This document shows positions 35,204-47,672 of a DNA stretch of 64,000 nt, piece after piece. The stretch spans positions 268,933,971-268,997,970 of the forward strand of contig NC_085843.1 in NCBI RefSeq assembly GCF_035594765.1, read 5' to 3'. The notes under the pieces were generated by a model, which was not told where the DNA came from, searched no databases, and saw nothing but the letters and a program-made list of their open reading frames with translations. Positions within the stretch are counted from its first letter, which is position 1; every line of letters begins with the position of its first letter. The position numbers were made by a program, and so were the translations under genes. Source of the DNA: Anolis carolinensis (lineage: Eukaryota).

Positions 35204-38077
35204 CTATTAGAGAGGGAAGGAAATAATCATGACAATGAAGACAGAAAGCATTTAATGTCATTATCCTATAGGGAATGAAAATGGACTTCCATTGACTTTA
35301 TCCATGGTTCTCATGTGGCCAAAAAGGAATGGCCTCTGTCTGATTTGAACCTCTTAGGACCATCTTAATTGAAAACAGATACATATCTGAGATAGTCATC
35401 TTGAATCCCATTTAGGATAAAGGCAGGATATACACTTAAATAAATAAATAACATTAAAAATCCTGTATTATTTTTAGCATTCTTGCTATCGCCTGTAAAG
35501 AAGATGGCTTCAAAACCTTGCAGAATGCAAGGCTGGGCAATAAAGGTATTGCCCTGTGGCATAAAGGGAGTCGATGCATCATTAGCTTTTGTCCAACTTG
35601 CAGTGAAAATAATCGTGCTGCTGCCATTTTTGTTGTAGTTTGCTGTATAGCCAACATTTTGCTGTATGACCAATGTATTTCCAGTAATGTTCATGTGTAC
35701 TGTTCCAGGGAGCACTTCAGAAGTCCTCAGCACTATACAAAGTGGTTGACCATATGGGAAGATCAGATGTAAGAGGTGAGGTCACCTCAGCATGTTGGCA
35801 TATGTGTTATATTTGGGAAGTGGCTGTCGCACATAGCTAGATCACATGCTTTTCATATAAAAGCTCCCAAATCCAATCCCTGGCATCTCTAGATAGACTT
35901 AAGAAGGTCTGCCTGAAATTCTTCCTGGAGAGTCTGTCAGTTCATGTAGACAGTATTGCATTAGATCATTAAGCTTGTTCTCCTCAAGGTCAACATCAGC
36001 CTTATGGTTGCCTTCAAAGGGCCATTGAATCCATGAATGGAGAATCCATGGATACAGAACATAGTGGTTGTTGCTGTTTAGTTTTTATCCAGTTTGGGTT
36101 CCCAGATGTTATTGACAACTCCCATTATTTTTGATGATCCATGATATGGAGTATGGATAATGGGAATTGCAATCCATCAGCCCTTGTGGTTTTAAGATTG
36201 TGGGAGGGTTACAGGACATTTTAAATTCAGACATCATATCCACAAACCTTGTATCTAAATCCAAACCCCACTCTCCTGACTAAACAGAACAAACATCAGC
36301 CTTCCAGATGTTACTGTATCAACTCCAGTCATGATGTGTAATGATGACGGATATAGGAGTTGTAGTCCAACATCTGGAGGGCCACATAAAATGCCATGGA
36401 GGGCCGAATTTGGTCCATGGGCCCTTGAGTTCAAATATGTGTGCATTAGCTGGAGCAAACATCTAATTTAGAATAGGACACTTTTCTATTTGAATATTAC
36501 TGAACCCCAGGCAGAAAACTTTCTAGGTATCTTTTTCAAAAATTAATTTAAACTATACAAGTCATATTTATTTTATGCATGGAATATTATACTTTGAATA
36601 CATGTAAAAAGAACAGGCTAATTATACAATAGAACTGGTGGGGAACAACAACAAGAACACAGTACATCAGTTAAAGGAGCATATAAAATACGTACTAAAT
36701 TAAAATACATCAGTAAATAAATATGTTAAAATATAATTTAAAATAATTTGGATAGGTTTGAAATTATCTACACTTGATTCACTTGGAATTGTCTATACAG
36801 ACACATTTGAGGAGTTAGGTGCACAAGACCTCAGTGAAAGTGGGAAAACCATGAATATCATAAGCCCATCCCCAACATACATGGTACAGAGCCACCAGAA
36901 CCCTACAACCAGATTTTACATCACTTTTCATATCATTAGCCTCCTCTTCCTCTCAATCCATTCACTTCCCCTTAATCTGCTGTCCTTCCAAAAGCACCAG
37001 ATTTAAACCCCCTTTTCAGTCCATTGATCTCAATCTCCTATTTTTTAACAGAGCCATCTAGATTTGTCCATTTCTATCACCCACTTTCTGTGCAGCAGCC
37101 ACTGCTAGCAACAGGGATCTGTTCCCCTGTTGATTGATAAGCAGCTGACATTCCCAGTCCCTCCCTTGAACTTTCTCCATTGCAACAGTCAGAGGCAGGA
37201 GTCCTGTTGAAATTCCCCTTCACACCAGACATTGTTGCAGGGAGCTTCAAAATGTCAATCAATTGCTTCCTGATCCACAAGGAAACAGACACTTGTTGCT
37301 TGCAGAATCTGCTGCCCAATAAGTGGGGCCTGGTGGACTTTCTCAATCTCTATTTTTCCCCTGAAGCAGTAAATTAATAAAATATTGTGAATATGAATTA
37401 GTCATGAATGATTCCAACCTGTATTCAGCTTGCAGTCCTATCAATACCTAAATGTAAGTAAGACTTATTAAGTATAGTGGGACATATTTTAAATAAATAT
37501 ACACAGAATTATGCTGGAGATAAACAGTTGCTGAACATGTGAAATTGTTCCAGGGTTTGTGTGCTTGCTTCTGCTCTTATTGCTTTTGTCCCAATGTATT
37601 GTATATTAGTAAAGTAATATAAGAACCCTGCATTTTTTCTGTCATGACATTTATTGTTTAAAGGTTTCCATGAACTTTCAGTTGTTTGGAGGAGCAGGTA
37701 AAAACATTTTTCCAACCAGAAAAAAAAGAAGAAAACCCCCATATGTCCCTTCTTAATTTCCCAGCCAAAAATACATTGTTTTGTTCTGTAATTTATGTTT
37801 CTTTTAAATAAATACACTGATTTAGCCAAGTTGCAAAAACACGGTGCTAATCTGATTATTTGGGGTTGACTAAAATCTAGACAGTGAAATAGTAACCTGG
37901 AAAGAACTCAAGGCATGCTCTACTTAGTTCTCCAAATATTTTTCCCAAACAGAATACTGATCTCGAAAGAACTTAAAAGTATACACCATTTCATAGTGTA
38001 GATGCACCCTGACCCACCCCTACTATTAGGCATCATGAAGCAGCTGATTTTAAGTGCAGTGAAGTAACAGCAAATGG

Positions 38078-38173
38078 GTTGCTGCTGAGTCTTTCAGGCT
38101 GTATGGCTATGTATGGCTGAAAGACTCACAGCAACCCAGTGATTCCAGCCATGAAAGCCTTCGACAATACATT
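38078..38173 (+). mobile_element. Mini-hairpin Penelope-like insertion
   Basis: About 25-bp inverted arms + tail CCATGAAAGCCTTCGACAATAC; TAACAG(C/A)AAATGG duplication. Confidence 0.8.
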
Positions 38174-39885
38174 TAACAGAAAATGGTTTGCAATTACATT
38201 GCATTGTATGTTTATTATTAAGAAAAAGAAAGCTGCTTTTGGAATTTTCTGCCTTATTTATCAATATAAATTTGTCTGGTTTTGAGTGATTTGTACTTTG
38301 ACTGGAGGATGAAGGAGAGGGCTGCCCTTTGTTCTGGTTTCCTTTTTAATGCATCAGGCAGCAGATTGCCTTGGGTTGGCTCTAATTGGACAGTAGTCTC
38401 ACTTCACATAGGGCGGCTCATACATATAAAGTTGGCAACTTTTCCCTGAAGTTGTGTGGCTTCAGTAAGTACCCAACACCCTGCTTTTATAGTGATGGTG
38501 TTTAAACATCTGGATAGGTTTCAGCTGAGAGCTTCATAATTAAACTTGGAAGCAGCTTGCTATTAATTCATAGAAAACCTGGAGGCATCTATTGCATCTC
38601 ATGGCCCAGGCTCCACATTTAGCATCTATTCCACTACTGCTCTTATTACCTATAGTAAGCAGAGCAAATGCCACAACATATTTTGGAGAAGGATTTTATT
38701 AAACATCAAAGGCAGGAGTTGGTCGTTTGATGGAATTTTTTCCCCTGGGGAAATATTTGCTCATTTCATTGGCAAACAACTTCTGAACCCAACATCCAGC
38801 CAAAGAAGGACATTTTCTGTATTTGTGGACCAATTCATAGTGAAATACATGCCACCCTCCTCCCCAATGACTGCACTCTGTACAAAATTAAATTCGCCAA
38901 TTAAAGTACTGTCCTGGGGCATGGGAATTAATTTTCGTATTTGGCTGCATCATGTAAATGGAGGATCAAATTGAACAGCCACATGCTGCCAGGTACAGAT
39001 AGCATTACATACATTTTTGGGACCTCTACACCAGGAATGGGCAAACTTTGGTCCTCCAGGTGTTTTGGACTCCAACTCCCATAATTCCACACAGCCTCAG
39101 GCCCTTTCCTTTTCCCCCTCAGCTGCTTATGCCCATGCCTGATCTACACTGTCAAATTAATGCAACTTAACACCATATTAATTGCCATAGACTTTAGCCT
39201 CCTCTGCCAATGAGTGCTGCTGCCTAACCAAACCACACATCCCAACATTTCATGGCACAGAACTATGGCAGTAAAAATGGTTTCCAACTGCATTAATTAG
39301 ACCGTGTAGAAGACGTAGCCTTCCTCTGAATGCATACAATGTCAGCTCTCTACTACTGTTAATCGATAAGGACTCTGCTCATGAATTTTAACTGGTTTTC
39401 CTCGTTATTTTTCATTGTCAATCAAAGGTTTACCGCCTACTCCTATGATGGCGTACTTATTAAGCAGGAGGAATTATTTGCACCACAACACTGTTCTTCA
39501 TTAGCAAAAATAAACCAAAACAGCAATCACTGCAGAGAGAGTTTGACATTTGCAGGTGCAAATCAACTTTAGCCGTGGAAGTATTTTCTGCATTATTCAT
39601 GCCCAACCAAATTGCAGTTAGTTGCCTTCCTGACTTCTAGCCCAAATTTGATCAGCCACTGGATATGTGGAATTGGCTGGACTTGCCTGTGCATATATTA
39701 AAGAGCAGTGAAATAGCCTGCACATTGGCTGATTTCCCATCTGCTTTGTCCTCAGCAGCACCTGTGGCCTGTGTTTTGATCAGCCAGATAGGAAGAGAGA
39801 TGAAGAACAAGAGCTGATCTAGGATTATTTTCATAGAGCTGTCTGCAGCTCTCTGCAAATGGCCAAATGAAACAATGATGGATGT

Positions 39886-40523
39886 AGGGTTGTTGTATGT
39901 ATTCCGGGCTGTATGGCCATGTTCTAGAAGTATTATCTCCTGATGTTTTGCCCACATTTATGGCAGGCATCCTCAGAGGTTGTGAGGTATGGAGAAACTA
40001 AGCAAGGAAGATTAATATATATCTGTGGAAAGTCCAGGGTGTGAGAAGAACTCTTTGTTAGTCGGAAGCCAGTGTGAATGTTGCAGTTAATCACCTTAAT
40101 TAGCATTGGAAAGGTTCATTTCCTGGCTTTTCCTGCCTGGGGGCATCCTTTGTTCAGAGTCATTAGCCGTCCCTGGAACTCTTCTGTTATCAGAGTGTTG
40201 CTTCTTATTTACTGTTCTGATTTTTGAGTTTTTTTAATACTGGTAGCCAGATTTTGTTCATTTTCATTTTTATGGTTTCCTCCTTTCTGTTGAAGTTGTC
40301 CACATGCTTGTGAATTTAAATGGCTTCTCTGTGTAGTCTGACATGATAGTTCCACAGATATATATTAACCTTCCTTGCTTAGTTTCTCCATACCTCACAA
40401 CCTCTGAGGATGCCTGCCTTAGATGTGGGCGAAACATCAGGAGAGAATACTTCTGGAACATAGCCGTACAGCTGGAATACCTAAAACAACCCTGTGATCC
40501 CGGCCATGAAAGCCTTCGACAAC
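39886..40523 (+). mobile_element. Penelope-like insertion with long inverted arm and short sense arm
   Basis: 39886-~40345 is antisense to the element 3' region, ~40350-40523 is sense; 14-bp TSD ACAATGATGGATGT (39872-39885 / 40524-40537). Confidence 0.9.
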
Positions 40524-41133
40524 ACAATGATGGATGTGTTTCCTCTCCTTCCTCCAGCAAATTGGAGCCTCTGCTTTGGAGGAAAGATAAGGAAGACTTG
40601 CATTTTTTGCAGCTCTTTGTGGAAATGGAACTCACTTGCATATAATTCCCATGTAACAAAAAATGTGAAAATAAATTAGGAAAGTTTGAAACTTAACCAT
40701 TCTTGAATGTAAATCTCAGATATCAACCAGAATACTCATCCAAGTTACAAATAGGGTGAGTGTGTGCTCTCCTCCATCCTCCAGTCAAAAAGCAGTTCTT
40801 CCTTTGTTGGTTTAGTCCAAGCAAGGCTGAAAAGTAGCCATAAGAAGGAGAACAGTAGGTGCCTTGGAACTGTCTATAGTATCCAACAGGTAGAGTGAGC
40901 AGGTGCATTGATTGCCTGATCACAGTGTTCTCTGTTTGAGTGTGTAAGATTTCTCTTTAGATCTTGACTTTGTGCAGGGACCATACAACACTATGAACAA
41001 TCTGATTAAAAGGATGGAAAGGATGCCCAGTGAAAAGCACTCAAACACCATTTTCAAAGTAATAGAGAGAAAATAAAAGTCAAAGAGTTCATGAAACTCT
41101 TGAAGACTATTCATGGGGACCCTTGTTTTAGAG

Positions 41134-41268
41134 CAGACATGGACAAACTTTGGTCCTCCAGGTGTTTTGGACTTCAACTCCCAGAAATCATAGCCAGCTT
41201 ACTGGCTGTTAGGAATTGTGGGAGTTGAAGTCCAAAACAACTGGAGGGCCAAAGTTTGCCTAAGCCTG
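41134..41268. mobile_element. hAT fold-back MITE
   Basis: CAGACATGGACAAACTTTGG / CCAAAGTTTGCCTAAGCCTG, TSD (T/C)TTTAGAG; related copies at ~11370-11433, 13890-13957, 39032-39141, 62371-62503. Confidence 0.8.
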
Positions 41269-41965
41269 CTTTAGAGCCCATCGTGCGATTTCCTGTGTTG
41301 CATGCATGGAGCGTTACACCTTACAAGTAACAGCTTCCTGTCTCTTTCCCCTTTTTGCTGTCAATACTTGGTGGGACAACATTGCAGCTGTTCACTGGGG
41401 CTGGATCTACACTGCCATATAATGCAGTTTGGAACTGCAGCCTCAGTGAACAGCTGCAATGTTGTCCCACCAAGCATTTTATGGGTCCACACTGACCATA
41501 TAGTGCAGTTCCAAACTTCATCATATGGCAGTGTAGATTCAGTCTAGGTCTTGGGAGGTGACTCCACCAACCAAGAAATGATCCCTCTTGTTTGTAAGAA
41601 GAAGAAAAAGTCATTTTCCTTCCCAGACACTACTCTTGTTTCTCTTCCCACTTGCAGTGGAGACAGATTGCATTTTATGTGATTAGAAAAAGCAAACATA
41701 CTACGATACAATTCCTTTTGAACCCCTCTTTTGCTCTTTCTTCCTTCTCCTAGCAACCTCTTGACTTCAGGCTGTTGCGCTCCAGATCTTCTCAGCCTTG
41801 CAAGCTTATTTGCTTGAGTTAGTATTTCCCTATCCTGAAGGAAGAGGAACCAATTAGTTGCATTTGCTGTGTATTATTTTAAATTTTAGAAACTCTCCCC
41901 TGGTATTTGCTATGCCCCAATACAATTATTGTGTATAGTAATAAAATCAATGTATACATCCAGAA

Positions 41966-42292
41966 GGGCCCCTGGTGGCACAGTGTGTTAAAGCACTGAG
42001 CTGCTGAACATGCGGACCAAAAGGTCCCAGGTTCAAATCCCGGGAGCGGAATGAGCGCCCGCTGTTAGCTCCAGCTCTTGCCAACCCAGCAGTTCGAAAA
42101 CATGCAAATGTGAGTAGATTAATAGGTACCACTCTGGCAGGAAGGTAACGGTGCTCCATGCAGTCATGCTGGCCACATGACATTGGAGGTGTCTACGGAC
42201 AACGCCGGCTCTTCAGCTTAGAAATGGAGATGAGCACCAACCCCCAGAGTCGGTCAAGACTGGACTTAATGTCAGGGGAAAACCTTTACCTC
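41966..42292 (+). mobile_element. Sauria SINE, full length
   Basis: Closely similar to the 13380 copy; ACCTTTACC tail; TATACAT duplication. Confidence 0.88.
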
Positions 42293-43580
42293 TATACATT
42301 GATTCCTGTGTGTTCAGCATAATTATCCTATGGATGCTACCATGGGGGTGTGGGGTATTTCAACTTGGTTATGTTGCTCTACTGCCAACAAGATGCCTTA
42401 CGGGTGTATATGTTCAGATCACGCCTTTACTCTGAGACTATATCTGACATCAGAGATCAGTACACCCTACAAACCCTTTTTTGACAAATGAAGTATGTTT
42501 ACTATGCATGGGTGATAAAGTATGTTGAGCTATCACCAAAATTCAGAAAGGCAATGGATCACAGGGAAAGATTTGCAAATATAAAGGCAAAGCTAGAGAC
42601 AGAAATATGCACAGAGAGGCAGAATCCATGTCAGAGGGGCATAGCTATTTCAGTCCCTTGTGGCACTGGCAGCTGACCCTCAGCTGGATGGAGCAGATGG
42701 TCTCGTGCTAAAGCACAGCAAAAGCTGGTTGCTGCTAAAGCTGCGTCCCTGAAACAGACTACGTCATGGCCTTGCAAAAGGGAATTATATGGCGGAGAAA
42801 AATGAGCACAGGAAATTACGCCTCCGGTTCATAGGCACTGCTCTCTTCATACTACTATGGTATGAAACTGATGATCTTTGTGCCTTTAGCATTAAGCCTG
42901 TCTTGGTGACAACTCAATTGACTGCTACAGCACTGATTTAGGATAGTTCTGTTCTTTCTCCCTGTGCCTTATTCTTTCTCATCTCAGCCTTTGGAACAGC
43001 CTTGTGTTGTTTTATCCTGTAAATGGTAACACAGAATCAGAATCTGACTCTGGGGAATGAGGTTTTTTTTATTACTTGCTGCCAGAGATAATAACACGAA
43101 ACAAAAAAAGATCTGACTCAAACATTACAAGAAGAACTGAAAAAAGGGAGGAAAACATCAGCAAAGGCCAATAAAAATAACTTACCACAGAATATGAATT
43201 TTCAATTGACAAATATAGAAGGAAATAGATATCAGTTGAAATGTTTTAGGTTGAGATCCTATAGTCCCGTGTTTCACCAAACATAGACACTGCCTTATAT
43301 TTATTTTTCCTCAAGAAGACCCACAGACTGTTGCTGGTTGGTGTTGGGAGAGAGACCCACAGTGCTGAGTAAAATGGCAGCCACAGCTTTACTTCTTCCC
43401 CCTGAGGAGCGTCCTGCTCCTGAAGTCACTAAGGAGACTTTCACTTTCACTTTCTATGTCTCCCACTGTGCCTCAGTTTGCAGCATGCAAAGAACGACCG
43501 GGATCTGACAGGGGAGCCACCCGTGTACACTGCATAGCTATGCCTATCACTATGTTTTATTTTCGGGGAATGGCTTGTAT

Positions 43581-44459
43581 TGTAACACCCCTAAGCAGCG
43601 CGAACACTGGAAACCAATACCGAGGCAAATAAACAATCTAATATCTTTATTAAAGCAATAAAAGAATAAAACAAAAGTATGCAGAGTATATAGTCAAGCA
43701 ATTGTCCTTTTAGGAAAGATCAAAAATAGTCCAAATAAATGAAGTTATATGTCCAGTATTAGAGTCCAAAGTCTATAATCCAATAACTGAAACACACTCA
43801 AACTCTTTGGAAGTTTGAGTGGGGAAAGAGCAAGGATTCACAGGGAGATTCTTAAGTAAAGTCCAGACAAGGATTTGAGGCTAGGCAAGGTAAATTCGTG
43901 GTGGATCTGAAACGCAGTCCAAACTTGATCAGGAGTGGAAACGCAACTCCCAGTCTACTCGAGAGTAAGCGCACCGGAGGGCTGCTTAGAAGCTCGGAAA
44001 CAAGAGTCGATGTTCTTCTTTGAATAGTCACGTTGACACCGCGATACGGAAAGCTCAGTCCAGAACTTTTATGGAAGTTCAAGAGCTTCCCCCAACAGGT
44101 GTTTAACTCCCCAAATCTTCCCAGAGAATGAAGCTGTTTCAACATGCCTGCCTCCCCAAAACTTCCCAAGGGAAACGGTTTAATTACAATCGTCTCTCTC
44201 TGCTAATCTTGCGCTTCGTCTTAGAAACTGCTTATGGGAGCGATGTGTTTTGAGAAAGGCCTTCCTATCAAACATAACACTTTCCGGGGAACCAGGCTCT
44301 GTTTCAAGGGTGTCCCTAATTGGCTTTGGCATGAAAATGTCAACAGGGGACATCTGGAATGGAACAGAATCTTGCTGAGATGGGAAAAAGCCCAAATCCT
44401 CTTCAGTTTGATCTATGATGGCTGCGGGGTCATGGGCCAAAGGTCCCTGAGACATCACA
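43581..44459 (-). mobile_element. Solo LTR (879 bp; Gypsy/BEL-type)
   Basis: TGT...ACA termini; 5-bp TSD TGTAT (43576-43580 / 44460-44464); CpG-rich relative to flanks; orientation inferred from minus-strand AATAAA near 43650 and the ORF direction. Confidence 0.85.
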
Positions 44460-46044
44460 TGTATTGCACAAATACAAATATAATTTGCCATATAAAATCT
44501 AGATTATCTGCTTTGAACTGGATTATGCGGCAGTGTAGATTCGGCTAATCCAGTTCAAAGCAGATAATGTGGATTATTTGATAATCTGGATGGTATGGCA
44601 GTGTAGAAGGGGCCATAGATCAATGATCAAACCACTGCACCAATGGGCTCTTATATGTGCTATATTTATGTGGTGTCTCTGCTCGACCCTTTTCTTTGGA
44701 TGCTACAACCATATTTCTAAATGTTCAGTGAACGTTTTAGGTTATGGCAATGCTAGAAGTGATGGATTGAAGGAAAATTCAATTTATGAAGGCAGAGTTT
44801 TTAATATGAAAGGAAACCTCCCTTATGTTGCCCACCCCCATCTGTAGTTATATCCCTGGCCATGGCTTACATTAAGATTCACAGAATTTATTGCTTTTCA
44901 TAGCCTTTTGCTTTGATCAATTGGCCAACAGCAACATAAAAGAAGAGCGTAATCCTTCATAGCAGTAAAAACAATGGTAATGGCTTGATCACATTAATCA
45001 AAGCATGTGTTGCTGCAAAAAAAGAGGGTTCAGTCCCGCTCTCAACCAAGAACAAAGAGGAGAGGGACACGTGTGTTTACAGCTGCAGGGCTAGATCACA
45101 ATAGTAGAAGCATGCATTACCAGGAAAAGAGGGTTGCATTCATTTCTGAACCAAGAACATCACAATTGAGAGGCTCCTGTGTTTACACTTTGCGGTCTTT
45201 CCATTATTCCACCTTCAATGAAATTACAGGAAATACTGGGAGGCTATTGAAAGGGAGGTGGATTTTCCTAAAAGCAGAAGGGAAGCAAATCCTTTATCAA
45301 AGTAACGTCTCTAATGATGAAAGCTGCCAAGACCTCTTCTCTTAAACCTGGCAGAAGTTTTATTTACCTATGGCCTGATCACTGGCAGAATGGCCTCCTC
45401 CCCATGCAGCAATGTAGGAAATATTGATATTGCATCTGTGGCACAATTGTAACTTGGGGTTGTCTACACGAGAAAAAAAAAGGATACTTCTATTCTGGTG
45501 CTGTAGGACCAAGGCACAACCATTTTAAGAATGAAAGCACTTCTTTTAGTCTTTAATACATTTTTAAGAAACTCGTTTCTTGTTCTGCAGTTTCCATTTG
45601 GATCCATTTGGATTGAGGTGACATGGGGCAAGGAGGATAAATTGGTGGGTGGGAATATATATAGGGCAATATGATTGAAAAGGCAAAATAGAGTGTGTCT
45701 TTCTCCATGGGGCCACTGAAATACCGCAGAGCTCTTCTTTGGAAATCACTTGCTTTAAGGTCACTCAGCCATGGGATACATGGTGAAGGGGTCAATTGGG
45801 ATGATTTCATTTACGGCTTGGACCAATTTAAATTAAGTCAGGGAAAACATGTGAGCTTTAATACAATGTCAGTGTGGTGTGTTATGAGTAGATATGGCAC
45901 TAAGTGGGGCACAGGATCCAAAGCGACTCCAGGGCAAAATACTCTAAATCTCAACTGGATTATTTTGCTGGTGAAGAATACCCCAGAATAGTGTGAATAT
46001 CCAATAGTCTAGATTAACTGCTGTATATTAACTGTTCCTATATA

Positions 46045-47453
46045 GGGTTGTTGAATGTCTTTCGGGCTGTGTGGCCATGTTCCAGAAGTATTCTCTCCTG
46101 ACGTTTTGCCCACATCTATGGCAGGCATCCTCAGAGGTTGTGAGGCATGGATAAGCTAGGCAAGGAAGGTAAGTATATATCTGTGGAGAGTCCAGGGTGT
46201 GACAAGAGTCCTATGTCAGTTGGAAGCCAGCGTTAATGTTGCAATTAATCACCCTAATAAGCATTGGAAAGGTTTGTTTCTTGTCTGGGGGGCATCCTTT
46301 GTTCAGAGTCACTAGCCGTCCATTTCTAGATGTTCTGGTCATCTGCAAACCCAATCAACAACTGGGCCACACAGTTTACAGAAAACCTACACACACAGAT
46401 AGACACCTTCATAAAAACTCCAACCATCACCCAAGTCAAAAAAGAAGCACAATCAAAGCCCTGACAGACCGTGCACAAAGAATCTGCGAACCTCACCTCC
46501 TCCAAGGTGAACTAAACCACCTAAACTGGGTTCTTCAGGCCAGCCACAGACATCAGAAGAGCTGCAAGGCCAAGAACAAGCCATGAGAGTCAAGACAAAG
46601 ATCCACCCAGAGGAATGGTGTTCTTACCATACATCAAGGGAACCACTGACCGCATAGGCAAACTGATGAAGAAGCACAACCTACATGCACAATCTACAGA
46701 CCCACAAAGAAAATCCAACAAATGCTACGGTCAGCGAAAGACAAGAGGGATCCTCTCTCTTCTGCAGGAGTCTACCGGATACCATGCAGCTGTGGACAAG
46801 TCTACATAGGGACCACCAAACGTAGCGCCCAAACATGAGTCAAAGAACATGAAAGGCACTGCAGACTCACTCAACCAGAGAAATCAGCCATAGCAGAGCA
46901 CTTGATGAACCAACCTGGAAAACAGTATATTATTTGAGAACACAGAAATGCTTGACCACTCCAACAACTATCATGTCAAGCTACACAGAGAAGCCATTGA
47001 AATCTACAAACATGTGGACAACTTCAACAGAAAGGAGGAAACCATGAAAATGAACAAACTCTGGCTACCAGTATTAAAAAAACTCAAAAACCAGAACAGT
47101 AGATGGGAAGCAACACTCTGAGGGCAGAGGAGCCCCAAGGATGGCTAATGACTCTGAACAAAGGATGCCCCCCAGGCAAGAGACAAACCTTTCCAATGCT
47201 GATTAGGGTGATTAATTGCAACATTAATGCTGGCTTCCAACTGACATAGGACTCCTGTCACACCCTGGACTCTCCACAGATATATATTCTTTCCTTTCCT
47301 TACTTAGTTTATCCATACCTCACAACCTCTGAGGATGCCTGCCATAGATGTGGGTGAAACGTCAGGAGAGAATACTTCTGGAACATGGCCACACAGCCCG
47401 AAAGACATACAACAACCCTGTGATCCCGGCCATGAAAGCCTTCGACAACACAT
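46045..47453 (+). mobile_element. Penelope-like retroelement, 5'-truncated, with inverted pseudo-LTR (46045-~46320), RT C-terminus and GIY-YIG endonuclease remnant
   Basis: FLDVLV..GHTVYRKPTHTDRHL (RT C-terminus), LPYIKG, and GVYRIPCSCGQVYIGTTKR (GIY-YIG motif 46767-46811) with stops/frameshifts; 12-bp TSD TGTTCCTATATA (46033-46044 / 47454-47465). Confidence 0.93.
47326..47366 (+). ncRNA. Minimal type I hammerhead ribozyme motif, intact core
   Basis: CTGAGGA 47329-47335, GAAAC 47356-47360, GTC 47361-47363. Confidence 0.72.
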
Positions 47454-47672
47454 TGTTCCTATATACCACAACTGATACAGAATACTGGCCTATATGCTTA
47501 TCAATAAAAATAACTTCATGTAGCATATTCAAGGTGGCAACCTGTGAGTGAAATATCAAAACCCACGTCCAAGAATAACAGCATAAACCCATTCCACATT
47601 TTTGCTCATTACAGAGAGAGAGATTTTTAAACACATAATGACTAATATTCCCCCTAAATCCACTTTTTAAGG

